Shown here piece by piece: positions 33,276 through 40,006 of a DNA stretch of 40,006 nt. The DNA comes from a virus: the IMG/VR virus record IMGVR_UViG_3300007346_000006, one strand, 5' to 3'. Numbering within the stretch: position 1 is the first letter of the stretch; every line of letters begins with the position of its first letter. A model generated the notes under the pieces. That model did not search any database and was not told the DNA's origin. It saw only the letters and a list, made by a program, of their open reading frames with translations. The position numbers and the translations under genes were made by a program.

Positions 33276-33689
33276 TTAGAACGAACTCCATTCAGGATCG
33301 TTACGGCGGATCCATTGTGGTTCGCATTGATCAGGTGTTCCCTTAGGTGAAGGACACATGTATGCCTTCCAAGGGCCTTTAGCTCCTGCACCTGTGCGAG
33401 TTTGCATTGGACCATGTTTACATGCTCTACCAACAGGTGCGGTAGATGGTGTAAAGGTTTGTGTTGGAGCAGGTGTTACGCCTAGTGGTGCTAGGTTTGC
33501 AACTGCTTGTGCGATATTGGTAGGCGCACCAACGAGTGAACTAGCCATAGTGGTGAGCAGTCCATCTGCATCCACGCTGCCTAGCGCTGAGTCAAGGTTA
33601 GCCTTGAATTCAGCAAAATTATCTCCGCCAATAACGAAGATACGACCATCAGGAAGTTTGCTACTTACCTGATATTTCGATACGGTCAT
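33276..33689 (-). CDS. Hypothetical protein (137 aa) with a Cys-containing C-terminal domain
   Basis: ORF between the exonuclease and helicase genes; a recombination/ssDNA-binding role is only a positional guess. Confidence 0.7.
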   Translation of the reverse strand: MTVSKYQVSSKLPDGRIFVIGGDNFAEFKANLDSALGSVDADGLLTTMASSLVGAPTNIAQAVANLAPLGVTPAPTQTFTPSTAPVGRACKHGPMQTRTGAGAKGPWKAYMCPSPKGTPDQCEPQWIRRNDPEWSSF

Positions 33690-34471
33690 TTGCTTTCCTT
33701 TCTTGTTAGGTTACCGTTAAGCCATTTACAGTGAGAGATTAATCCACATCTGCCACAACTATTCAGGTTGGGCAAGAATATGTCAGCCTTACGTGCTTTG
33801 TCAAAACCATTAAACATATCCTCAATACGTTCAGGAGATAGGTGGTCGATATTCCACAAGGATATGTGACCGGTACGTGCATCCCAAAAACCAGCCTTAT
33901 CGACTGATATACCTTGCTTATCTAATGCCCAAGCATAGACAGCAAGTTGAAGGGGGTGTCTTTGGGATGACGCACCAGTTTTGATATCGACGAGCACACG
34001 ATTCCCGTCGAAATCAGTCAGTACGCGATCGATGGCTAACTTGACCAGAGTATCGCCAACAGGTATCTCGTACTGTTTCTCGATAAAATCTTCGTATACA
34101 GACCAGCCTTTATCAGGGTACATAAAGTCTGTCCAACGCTCCAACATCCATCTACCTTCGCCATACCACCAAGAGATATCTTCTCTACTGCGGTATTCCC
34201 AAGTATTCATGTCACCATGAAGCGCTTCATCTTCTTTAATCTGTTGGAACCATACTTCATTCCACAGTTCATCTAAGTTATTAGTTGTGCCTACTTCGAA
34301 TTTGTCCCACAGTTCTGTGGCTTTATGTACAGCAGAACCACCTGTGAACCATACTGCATGTTTCTCAGGAACTTGCTCTACTTTAGTTAGATAGTATTTC
34401 CAACCACATTCCTGCCAAGTATTGAAGGAGGAATAGGATATATGTTTAGGTAATTGTTTGCTCATTCCCAA
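33686..34471 (-). CDS. Cas4/RecB-family PD-(D/E)xK exonuclease with Fe-S cysteines
   Basis: VLVDIKTG (D-x-K), QLAVYAWAL (QxxxY), N-terminal Cys plus C-terminal CGRCGLISHC. The likely real start is the ATG at 34465 (MSKQLPK). Confidence 0.75.
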   Translation of the reverse strand: MGMSKQLPKHISYSSFNTWQECGWKYYLTKVEQVPEKHAVWFTGGSAVHKATELWDKFEVGTTNNLDELWNEVWFQQIKEDEALHGDMNTWEYRSREDISWWYGEGRWMLERWTDFMYPDKGWSVYEDFIEKQYEIPVGDTLVKLAIDRVLTDFDGNRVLVDIKTGASSQRHPLQLAVYAWALDKQGISVDKAGFWDARTGHISLWNIDHLSPERIEDMFNGFDKARKADIFLPNLNSCGRCGLISHCKWLNGNLTRKESK

Positions 34472-34526
34472 AGACTATCCCAGTAAGGACAGTCTTCGCA
34501 AGTTGAATCACAGTAATCGCATTCGT

Positions 34527-34697
34527 CTAGCTCTTCCCAGCCCAGCCAGTCCCCTTGAAGTGGATCGGATTGGCCGAAAATACTTTGAATAAAACGTTGC
34601 CACAATGAACGCATTTTATCTCCTGAACATTCTCAAACGGAAGGGTTAATTCTTGGACGGTATCACAAGTCCTACATTCGTAATCGTACGTTGGCAA
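34527..34697 (-). CDS. FmdB-family zinc-ribbon protein (56 aa, TTG start; below the ORF-track cutoff)
   Basis: My translation gives MPTYDYECRTCDTVQELTLPFENVQEIKCVHCGNVLFKVFSANPIHFKGTGWAGKS, which fits the MPxYxYxCxxC...CPxCG...FKGxGWY pattern. GGAGA lies 5 nt upstream. Confidence 0.7.
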   Translation of the reverse strand: MPTYDYECRTCDTVQELTLPFENVQEIKCVHCGNVLFKVFSANPIHFKGTGWAGKS

Positions 34698-34842
34698 TTT
34701 CTCTCCTATATGCCTGAACCCCAGATTCTAAGAAATGCCCCCCCTACCCCCCATAAAAATTATGGTGAGTCAGGGAGGCTAGGTTAGGCTATGCCGTCAC
34801 CCCGTCATCTGAAGTTTCTGCCCCACGGTTTCCCGCAGGGGA

Positions 34843-34870
34843 AATATATCACAAGATTATGGTTATGCAA
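34843..34870 (-). promoter_or_regulatory. Candidate early promoter
   Basis: The minus strand reads TTGCAT-16 nt-TATATT, immediately after the lysis-cassette terminator and about 140 nt upstream of the first early ORF. Confidence 0.45.
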
Positions 34871-34874
34871 ATGC

Positions 34875-34918
34875 AAAAAGACCCCCCTTCCTAAGGTGAT
34901 TACCTCAGGTTGGGGGGT
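34875..34918 (-). terminator. Rho-independent terminator ending the late/lysis transcript
   Basis: The minus strand reads ccccccaacctgagg-taatca-ccttaggaagggggg followed by tcttttt (imperfect GC-capped stem). Confidence 0.65.
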
Positions 34919-34968
34919 TTAGTGTCTTAAAACAGCCTTAGAAGGCGTTTAAGGAGTGTTATAGGGCT

Positions 34969-35154
34969 TTAGTTAGAGCTACGACCGAACTCTGTGGCGG
35001 ATGGATCAAGCCACTTTAGCACTGGGCCTAGGAAACCTGCTAGGGCTGCTGTTGCTAGCACCTTCAGGTTAGTTTCTCCAGCAAGGTATAGTGCGACTGC
35101 AGCGGATGCTGCGGCGCGGAACCAAGTAAGAGATACTTGTTTGAATTGCTCCAT
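34969..35154 (-). CDS. Holin-like two-TM membrane protein (r1t/LL-H-like pattern)
   Basis: WFRAAASAAVALYLAG and LATAALAGFLGPVL hydrophobic segments. TAATG-coupled to the endolysin gene. Confidence 0.6.
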   Translation of the reverse strand: MEQFKQVSLTWFRAAASAAVALYLAGETNLKVLATAALAGFLGPVLKWLDPSATEFGRSSN

Positions 35155-35672
35155 TAGATTGCCTTTCGTTTGATATGTACAGGGCAGCAGTTACACACTG
35201 CTACTGGTACAGAGAGTACCACTTTTTTCTTAGGTTGGGGGGCGAAACTAGCCAAGACTTGATTCAGGACTTTAGGCTGGTTTACCCACCAGAACCAAGG
35301 ACTAGTGTCATTAGCCTTATCAGCGTTGATAGAAATATGGAGATGCTTAGTGTGAGGGTTACTGCCACTATAAGGGCGATTGCCAGACTTAGCCTTATCA
35401 CGGGACCAGATTTTTTTATTAAATATAAGATAAGAGACTCGTTCGTCCTCTTTAAGTTTTTCAAAAATAACGGCACAGTCAACCCCTCTATCAGGGTTAT
35501 GGGTTAAATCAACCGCGAGACCAGTATTGTGGTCCGAATTCGGGTTCAAGCGTTGATGGGCTAACGACGGCAATAACCCGTCTGACAGTTTCTTTCGTTT
35601 CGGCCACAATGCTGTCGCTTGCCTCAGAACAGCAATAGCAGCAGGACTTGCTGATTTCACAACAGGTTTCAT
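35154..35672 (-). CDS. Endolysin, LAS/M15-like zinc peptidase
   Basis: SDHNTGLAVDL (H-x6-D) and HTKHLHISI. Flanked by membrane-protein genes. Confidence 0.6.
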   Translation of the reverse strand: MKPVVKSASPAAIAVLRQATALWPKRKKLSDGLLPSLAHQRLNPNSDHNTGLAVDLTHNPDRGVDCAVIFEKLKEDERVSYLIFNKKIWSRDKAKSGNRPYSGSNPHTKHLHISINADKANDTSPWFWWVNQPKVLNQVLASFAPQPKKKVVLSVPVAVCNCCPVHIKRKAI

Positions 35673-35678
35673 TGTCCC

Positions 35679-35882
35679 TCATTTCTTTAATACTTCCTTG
35701 ACTAAATCAGTTAATAGGTCAACTTTATCTTCTAATAAATTAACTTTATCTTTAAGACTAGAACCTCCATTAGGACGCAGTTCATAGAGATAATGTTTAA
35801 CAAGCCAGCGAACGATTCCTGCAAAAGATGCTGATATAGAGATTATGGCTACAATTAACGCAGCCCAATCCACGGCGCTCAC
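35679..35882 (-). CDS. Membrane-anchored coiled-coil protein (holin/lysis accessory)
   Basis: N-terminal TM WAALIVAIISISASFAGIV, then a heptad-like LEDKVDLLTDLVKEVL. Confidence 0.55.
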   Translation of the reverse strand: MSAVDWAALIVAIISISASFAGIVRWLVKHYLYELRPNGGSSLKDKVNLLEDKVDLLTDLVKEVLKK

Positions 35883-37816
35883 TATAAGACCGTTCTAACT
35901 GTGATGGATAGCAACCCTCCAAAACCGTCAAAACGTTTTGAAGGAGGGGTTACACGGGTGAAATTGATACGTTCAATCAAGGCTTGTACTCGCTCTCCTG
36001 TAGTGAAGTCCTGGACATTGATTATGTCGCCAGCTGCTTCGATATCTTCTAGTGTTTGAATACGCTCCCACGCACGGCCTTCATAACCAGTCAGCACATT
36101 GTAACGATCGGTTTCCACGTCGTAGCACCACACAGGGAATTGAATCAAGCGTTGGCGCTTAGTTGCTGGAAGAGCTTTAGATTGGTAGCCCTTAAATATA
36201 GGACCCAAACTGGTATTGCTTGCGCTACGTGAGAGCGTAAACTTATAGGAGATAAACTCTTGTGGACCTACAGGGCTGCCTGTAGCAGCCTCAGGAGTGC
36301 CTACAGAGGAGTTGTAAGTGATGACTGTAAATAGATTATTAGATGAATCTATAGTCTGGATATCAATAGCACCATTAGTTACATCAGCACGCCCACGAAG
36401 GAACTTGTAATTCTTAGGTTCAAGAGTTCCATACCGGATAGCACCTGTTTGTAGGTATCCAGTAGAGCGGAGAGTAGATGCTGACTCAAAATAGATTGCT
36501 CCATCAGTGCTATTGTATGCTGTACAGAAAGCCAGACGATTAGTTGTACCGATAAAGCTAACAGCAGTAGTTCTGTGAACCGCAGCTTGAGTAGTTTGCA
36601 AATCGTTTGCATAAGCAAAACGCAAAGTCTCACCCTCGATAGTTTGGCCAAGGTCGATACGGATTAGACCAGCGTCAGTAGCTCCAATACCTGTTGTAGC
36701 CCATACGAATCTGTCACGAGCAGTAATGTCATAAACTGGCTGTGATGTTTCTACAATCAAAGGTCCATAGCTCACAGAACCATCTTGATCGTTTACAGCA
36801 GCCACGCGAACACCACGGTTGGTTCCAATAACCATGTAGCCTAGGTAATAGAAAATCTTATGTACAATCTCTCCAGGAGGTAACTCAGCAGCTACAGAAG
36901 CCTGCGTAAGGGTAGGCATAGCACCGCTAGTATTTAGGGTGTACTTCTGGATAGTTGAGTAGATACCTGAGTGGCCAGCTGTGTAGATAGCAGGACCAGA
37001 CGCAGTAATACTTGTATACACATAGTTAGTGTTAGGATTGGTGTATACAGGGCTTGGCAAGGTTGTAGCTACAGGTGAAATCTCATATACAGCATTGTTA
37101 ATACAAGCTACAATACGGTCCTTTACGAACTCCATCTCAGCAGCTGTGACTGTAACGCTTGGGTTTGTAAGCATTGGAGTTGATGGCAATCCAGCCCCAT
37201 CAGATAATAACTTTTTGTTAAGTTCTAGCTTGCCAGAAGCAATATCGTTTGTGACCCAGTAGGCATACTTACCATCATCACATACAGCATATACAGGATC
37301 ATCTAGACCAGCATTGTAGTCAACCCAGTGAACTACGTTTCCACTAGAGTCAATACGGTCAATGTCAAAGCCATCATGGAATAACACGCCATCATAGGTA
37401 GTACCACCGCTAGTCCATTGAACTGAGCGGATATGTTGTTCTGCTTTTACTCCAATAACTGTAGTAGATTCGTGAATATTAGTTGTCTCTTTTAGAAGAG
37501 TTACCTGACCTTTGGTCCAGACATTTACACCTTGGCTATCAAAGAATCTGTAGCCTGTAGACTCACCTGAAGATGGGTCAAAGAACTTAATTCCGGAGCC
37601 ACCATGGAAAGAAGACTGGCTACGGATCCACCAACCTGTAAGAGACTGCTCGCCAGGTTCACGAGAGTTATCAAACTGATCCTTACGATAAGGAGCAGTC
37701 TCTCTTTGGTATGGGTTAGAATCAGTAGGAGCCATGATGAATGGCACACCACCAATGGCTACATCGTAGTCCTCAGCGTTATTGGTCCATAGACCAGAAG
37801 ATGCTGGATTACCCAT
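35882..37816 (-). CDS. Tail/baseplate-like structural protein (644 aa), function unknown
   Basis: Long beta-rich ORF at the end of the fibre block. Confidence 0.75.
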   Translation of the reverse strand: MGNPASSGLWTNNAEDYDVAIGGVPFIMAPTDSNPYQRETAPYRKDQFDNSREPGEQSLTGWWIRSQSSFHGGSGIKFFDPSSGESTGYRFFDSQGVNVWTKGQVTLLKETTNIHESTTVIGVKAEQHIRSVQWTSGGTTYDGVLFHDGFDIDRIDSSGNVVHWVDYNAGLDDPVYAVCDDGKYAYWVTNDIASGKLELNKKLLSDGAGLPSTPMLTNPSVTVTAAEMEFVKDRIVACINNAVYEISPVATTLPSPVYTNPNTNYVYTSITASGPAIYTAGHSGIYSTIQKYTLNTSGAMPTLTQASVAAELPPGEIVHKIFYYLGYMVIGTNRGVRVAAVNDQDGSVSYGPLIVETSQPVYDITARDRFVWATTGIGATDAGLIRIDLGQTIEGETLRFAYANDLQTTQAAVHRTTAVSFIGTTNRLAFCTAYNSTDGAIYFESASTLRSTGYLQTGAIRYGTLEPKNYKFLRGRADVTNGAIDIQTIDSSNNLFTVITYNSSVGTPEAATGSPVGPQEFISYKFTLSRSASNTSLGPIFKGYQSKALPATKRQRLIQFPVWCYDVETDRYNVLTGYEGRAWERIQTLEDIEAAGDIINVQDFTTGERVQALIERINFTRVTPPSKRFDGFGGLLSITVRTVL

Positions 37817-37871
37817 TAAGGGGAATATTCTCGGTAATATCAGGGGTAAACGTCACCTTAGCTCCTTAAAG

Positions 37872-38072
37872 TTAAGAAAGTAGTAGCTTTGCTTCTTCTT
37901 CAGTAATGCCTAATTTGTCAAGAAGTGCAATTCTTTGATTCTTTTTTTCTTCAATAGATTCTTTTAATTCATTGTAAAAGGCTTCATCTGCAAGAACTTG
38001 TTCAAATTCTTCATCTGTCATTTCCCTTGTTACAATGCTTCCATTGTTATTAATCGTTATTAAAGGTTTCAT
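37872..38072 (-). CDS. Small acidic protein, fibre-chaperone-like (66 aa)
   Basis: Ends LLDKLGITEEEAKLLLS, the same motif type as 38890..39111. Directly downstream of a fibre gene. Confidence 0.65.
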   Translation of the reverse strand: MKPLITINNNGSIVTREMTDEEFEQVLADEAFYNELKESIEEKKNQRIALLDKLGITEEEAKLLLS

Positions 38073-38876
38073 TTATTTCACCCCATAAACATAAAGTGTT
38101 CCTGCGTTGTAAGACTTACCACCTGAATCATTTGCAAATGAAACTGTTGTCAATGCGCTTCCTGTATAAGCAACAACATATCCTGAAATCATGTTGGCTG
38201 GTGTGCCCAGTCCTTCCGTTCCTGTCTGAACTACATGGATTAGTTTGTGCCCTGTAGTAGTGTAAGGATTATGTATTTCCATCCATGCACTACCAAAAGA
38301 ACCTTGATTCATATTGCTGACATATGGAAATGCAATTTTTGTTGCAGCAGCATCACCATAAACAGTATCAGAAGCATGTGTGTAAGCACCTGAACCTGTG
38401 ATTCTGTAGTTAGTCCCTGAATCATTATTAAATCTGCATGTGTGATAACCATTTCCACCACCCATTGACCAATTGTCAAGATGTAAAATTAATTTTTTAT
38501 ATCCAAGTGCAGATGAAGGAAGCGTTACTGTGACAGTATTTCCTGAAAATGCTGTTGTGCTTTCTAATGTTATTGAACCACCACCACCTGCAGGGGCAGC
38601 CCAACTTGGAATTCCACCTGAAACAGTAAGAACATTTCCTGTGCTACCAATACCTAGTCTTGCAGGTGTGTTAGCACTAGACGCATAAATGATGTCGCCT
38701 GTAGTGGTTGTAAGTGTCTTGGCTATGTAATCAGAGTTATGGTTATGGCTTGTTCCAGACTTACCGTCTATCTGAGTTTGGATAGCTGAACTTACCCCGT
38801 CCAAATAACCAATTTCGGTAGCACTCACCGTGGACGGGGCTGGTGCGGCGCTTGCTAGATCTCTTGCTTTTGTCAT
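38073..38876 (-). CDS. Tail fibre protein with a C-terminal LYG(I/V)K-family domain (paralog P4, 267 aa)
   Basis: The N-terminal ATEIGYLDGVSSAIQTQIDGK motif is common in phage fibres. C-terminus: FNNDSGTNY...LTTVSF...LYVYGVK. Confidence 0.8.
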   Translation of the reverse strand: MTKARDLASAAPAPSTVSATEIGYLDGVSSAIQTQIDGKSGTSHNHNSDYIAKTLTTTTGDIIYASSANTPARLGIGSTGNVLTVSGGIPSWAAPAGGGGSITLESTTAFSGNTVTVTLPSSALGYKKLILHLDNWSMGGGNGYHTCRFNNDSGTNYRITGSGAYTHASDTVYGDAAATKIAFPYVSNMNQGSFGSAWMEIHNPYTTTGHKLIHVVQTGTEGLGTPANMISGYVVAYTGSALTTVSFANDSGGKSYNAGTLYVYGVK

Positions 38877-38889
38877 TGGTTTCCTTTAC

Positions 38890-39111
38890 TTAGTTAAGTG
38901 CTGCGATTTCGTCTGCGGTCAAACCAAGTGCTGCTAGTTTGGCCTGAGCACTTGCCTTAGCATCTGCCTTAGCCTGTGCTGCTGCTTCCTCTGCTGCCTT
39001 GATTTCTGCAAAGGCTGCTGCATCTGCCTCACGCTGAGCAATCTCTTCGGCTGTTAGTTCTACCTCAGTAGTTACTCCAGTTGAGCAGTCTACGATTAGT
39101 TTATGGGTCAT
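38890..39111 (-). CDS. Small Ala-rich protein, fibre-chaperone-like (73 aa from the ATG at 39111; the track ORF extends to 39264 inside the upstream gene)
   Basis: AAGGA lies 6 nt upstream of the ATG at 39111. Ends KLAALGLTADEIAALN. Confidence 0.65.
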   Translation of the reverse strand: MTHKLIVDCSTGVTTEVELTAEEIAQREADAAAFAEIKAAEEAAAQAKADAKASAQAKLAALGLTADEIAALN

Positions 39112-39124
39112 TATTTTCCTTTCG

Positions 39125-39637
39125 TTATGAGTTCTTGATTCCGTATAGTGTGGCGGTTGAGTATTGAACAAGGCTGAATCCATCAGCCGATATAGTAATA
39201 GAAGTAATTGCGGCAGAGTTAGACCATAATCCTGCGTGTAATCCATTTGTTGCTGCGGTTGCATTATTTTCTAGCACAAAATCCGCTGAGGTACTTTTAT
39301 AGTTAGAGCCAGCATAATTAGGAATATACAATTCAAAATTGTTAAAAGTATTGGATGTGGAATTGGCGGCATTTGTGTATAAATAACCCAAATCGCTAGA
39401 GGCTCGGTTAATTGATGATGCGGAAGAACCATTCCCATAAAGCAAGCGCTCAGAGTAACCTGTGCTTGATGAGTTAAATGTAATTGGCATATTGCGGTCA
39501 AGGGCAGAAACCGAATTTCTTACCGAAACTTTTAACAAAAGGTCTGTATAAGTTGCAGGGATTGAAGTAAAGTTTATTGTTGCAGCCCCGCCGCTTCCCA
39601 CCTCAACGGTGGCTATTGCTTTATAAGTGGTTGCCAT
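39125..39637 (-). CDS. LYGIK-family tail-fibre-like paralog P2 (170 aa)
   Basis: MATTYKAIATV...FTSIPATYTDL...FNSSSTGY...ITSI...ATLYGIKNS. Confidence 0.8.
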   Translation of the reverse strand: MATTYKAIATVEVGSGGAATINFTSIPATYTDLLLKVSVRNSVSALDRNMPITFNSSSTGYSERLLYGNGSSASSINRASSDLGYLYTNAANSTSNTFNNFELYIPNYAGSNYKSTSADFVLENNATAATNGLHAGLWSNSAAITSITISADGFSLVQYSTATLYGIKNS

Positions 39638-40006
39638 TATGCCGCCTTTATTCCGTAGAGGGTGAAGGTTGTTCCAGTTGCATAAGATGATGAACTAAGA
39701 GAAAAATCTATTGAAGTTATAGCAGCAGGTGTTGCTCTCCATATACCAACAATCGCTTCCGTTGCTTGCGCTGCACGGTTAGCGCGAATTAAAGCAGTCT
39801 TGTAAGTTGTCGTGTTAGAATAGTTTTGAATGCTTATGTTAAACTGAGTTGCAGGAGAACTATTAAGAAAGTTAAAATAGTTGCAAATTATAGATGTTGA
39901 ATTTGTTCTACGAGCGGATGAAGCAGCGCTTCCATCTCCCGTAAGAATAGTTGCACTATAGTTAGAACCGCTATCAGAATTAAAACGCATAAGAACATCT
40001 GAGTTA
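39637..40006 (-). CDS. LYGIK-family paralog P1, C-terminal part (5' end continues at 123->254 of the circular map)
   Basis: The Met at 39990 in the ORF track is internal. The frame stays open to the window end and is continuous with 1..254. Confidence 0.8.
   Translation of the reverse strand, partial: NSDVLMRFNSDSGSNYSATILTGDGSAASSARRTNSTSIICNYFNFLNSSPATQFNISIQNYSNTTTYKTALIRANRAAQATEAIVGIWRATPAAITSIDFSLSSSSYATGTTFTLYGIKAA
39884..40006. repeat. Terminal overlap, right copy of 1-123
   Basis: Same 123-nt string as the window start. It lies inside a coding region. Confidence 0.95.

Noticed and set aside
34462-34614. 50-aa ORF (MRSLWQRFIQ...CDYCDSTCEDCPYWDSLWE) whose TGA overlaps the exonuclease ATG
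   Set aside because: It overlaps, in another frame, the 3' half of the FmdB-type zinc-ribbon ORF, which has a family-typical sequence and a good RBS. It may still be real for its last ~20 codons, but there is no independent start there.

Overview
The window is a complete, self-closing dsDNA phage genome. Bases 1-123 are identical to 39884-40006, so the unit length is 39,883 bp, and one tail-fibre-like gene wraps across the ends. Almost everything is on the minus strand. In transcription order: a promoter/leader at about 34.7-34.9 kb; an early/replication module (34697->27427) with an FmdB-type zinc ribbon, a Cas4/RecB-like exonuclease, a DnaB/RepA-like ATPase, an HslV/proteasome-beta-like peptidase, a secreted transglycosylase, a resolvase-like nuclease, a primase split over two frames, a MazG/DUF1599-like protein, an HNH endonuclease, a metallophosphoesterase and a sigma-70-family factor. 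Next comes the morphogenesis module (21988->254, wrapping to 39990->35882): TerL with a TerS-like HTH extension, portal, a 1936-aa ORFan, scaffold, capsid, a block of very basic small proteins, and tail/fibre genes including four paralogs ending in '...LYG(I/V)K'. A lysis cassette follows (35882->34969). The exception is a visibly GC-richer segment (about 21990-27430). It holds a plus-strand, terminator-bounded operon for a Cys-rich amidoligase, a class-II (Ntn) glutamine-amidotransferase-like protein, several zinc-ribbon or membrane miniproteins and a WhiB-like regulator. WhiB, an r1t-like holin and PAKKA-type basic tails point to an actinobacterial host (inference). No tRNA, rRNA, CRISPR array, integrase or DNA polymerase was recognised. 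All family assignments come from motifs read by eye; no searches were run.
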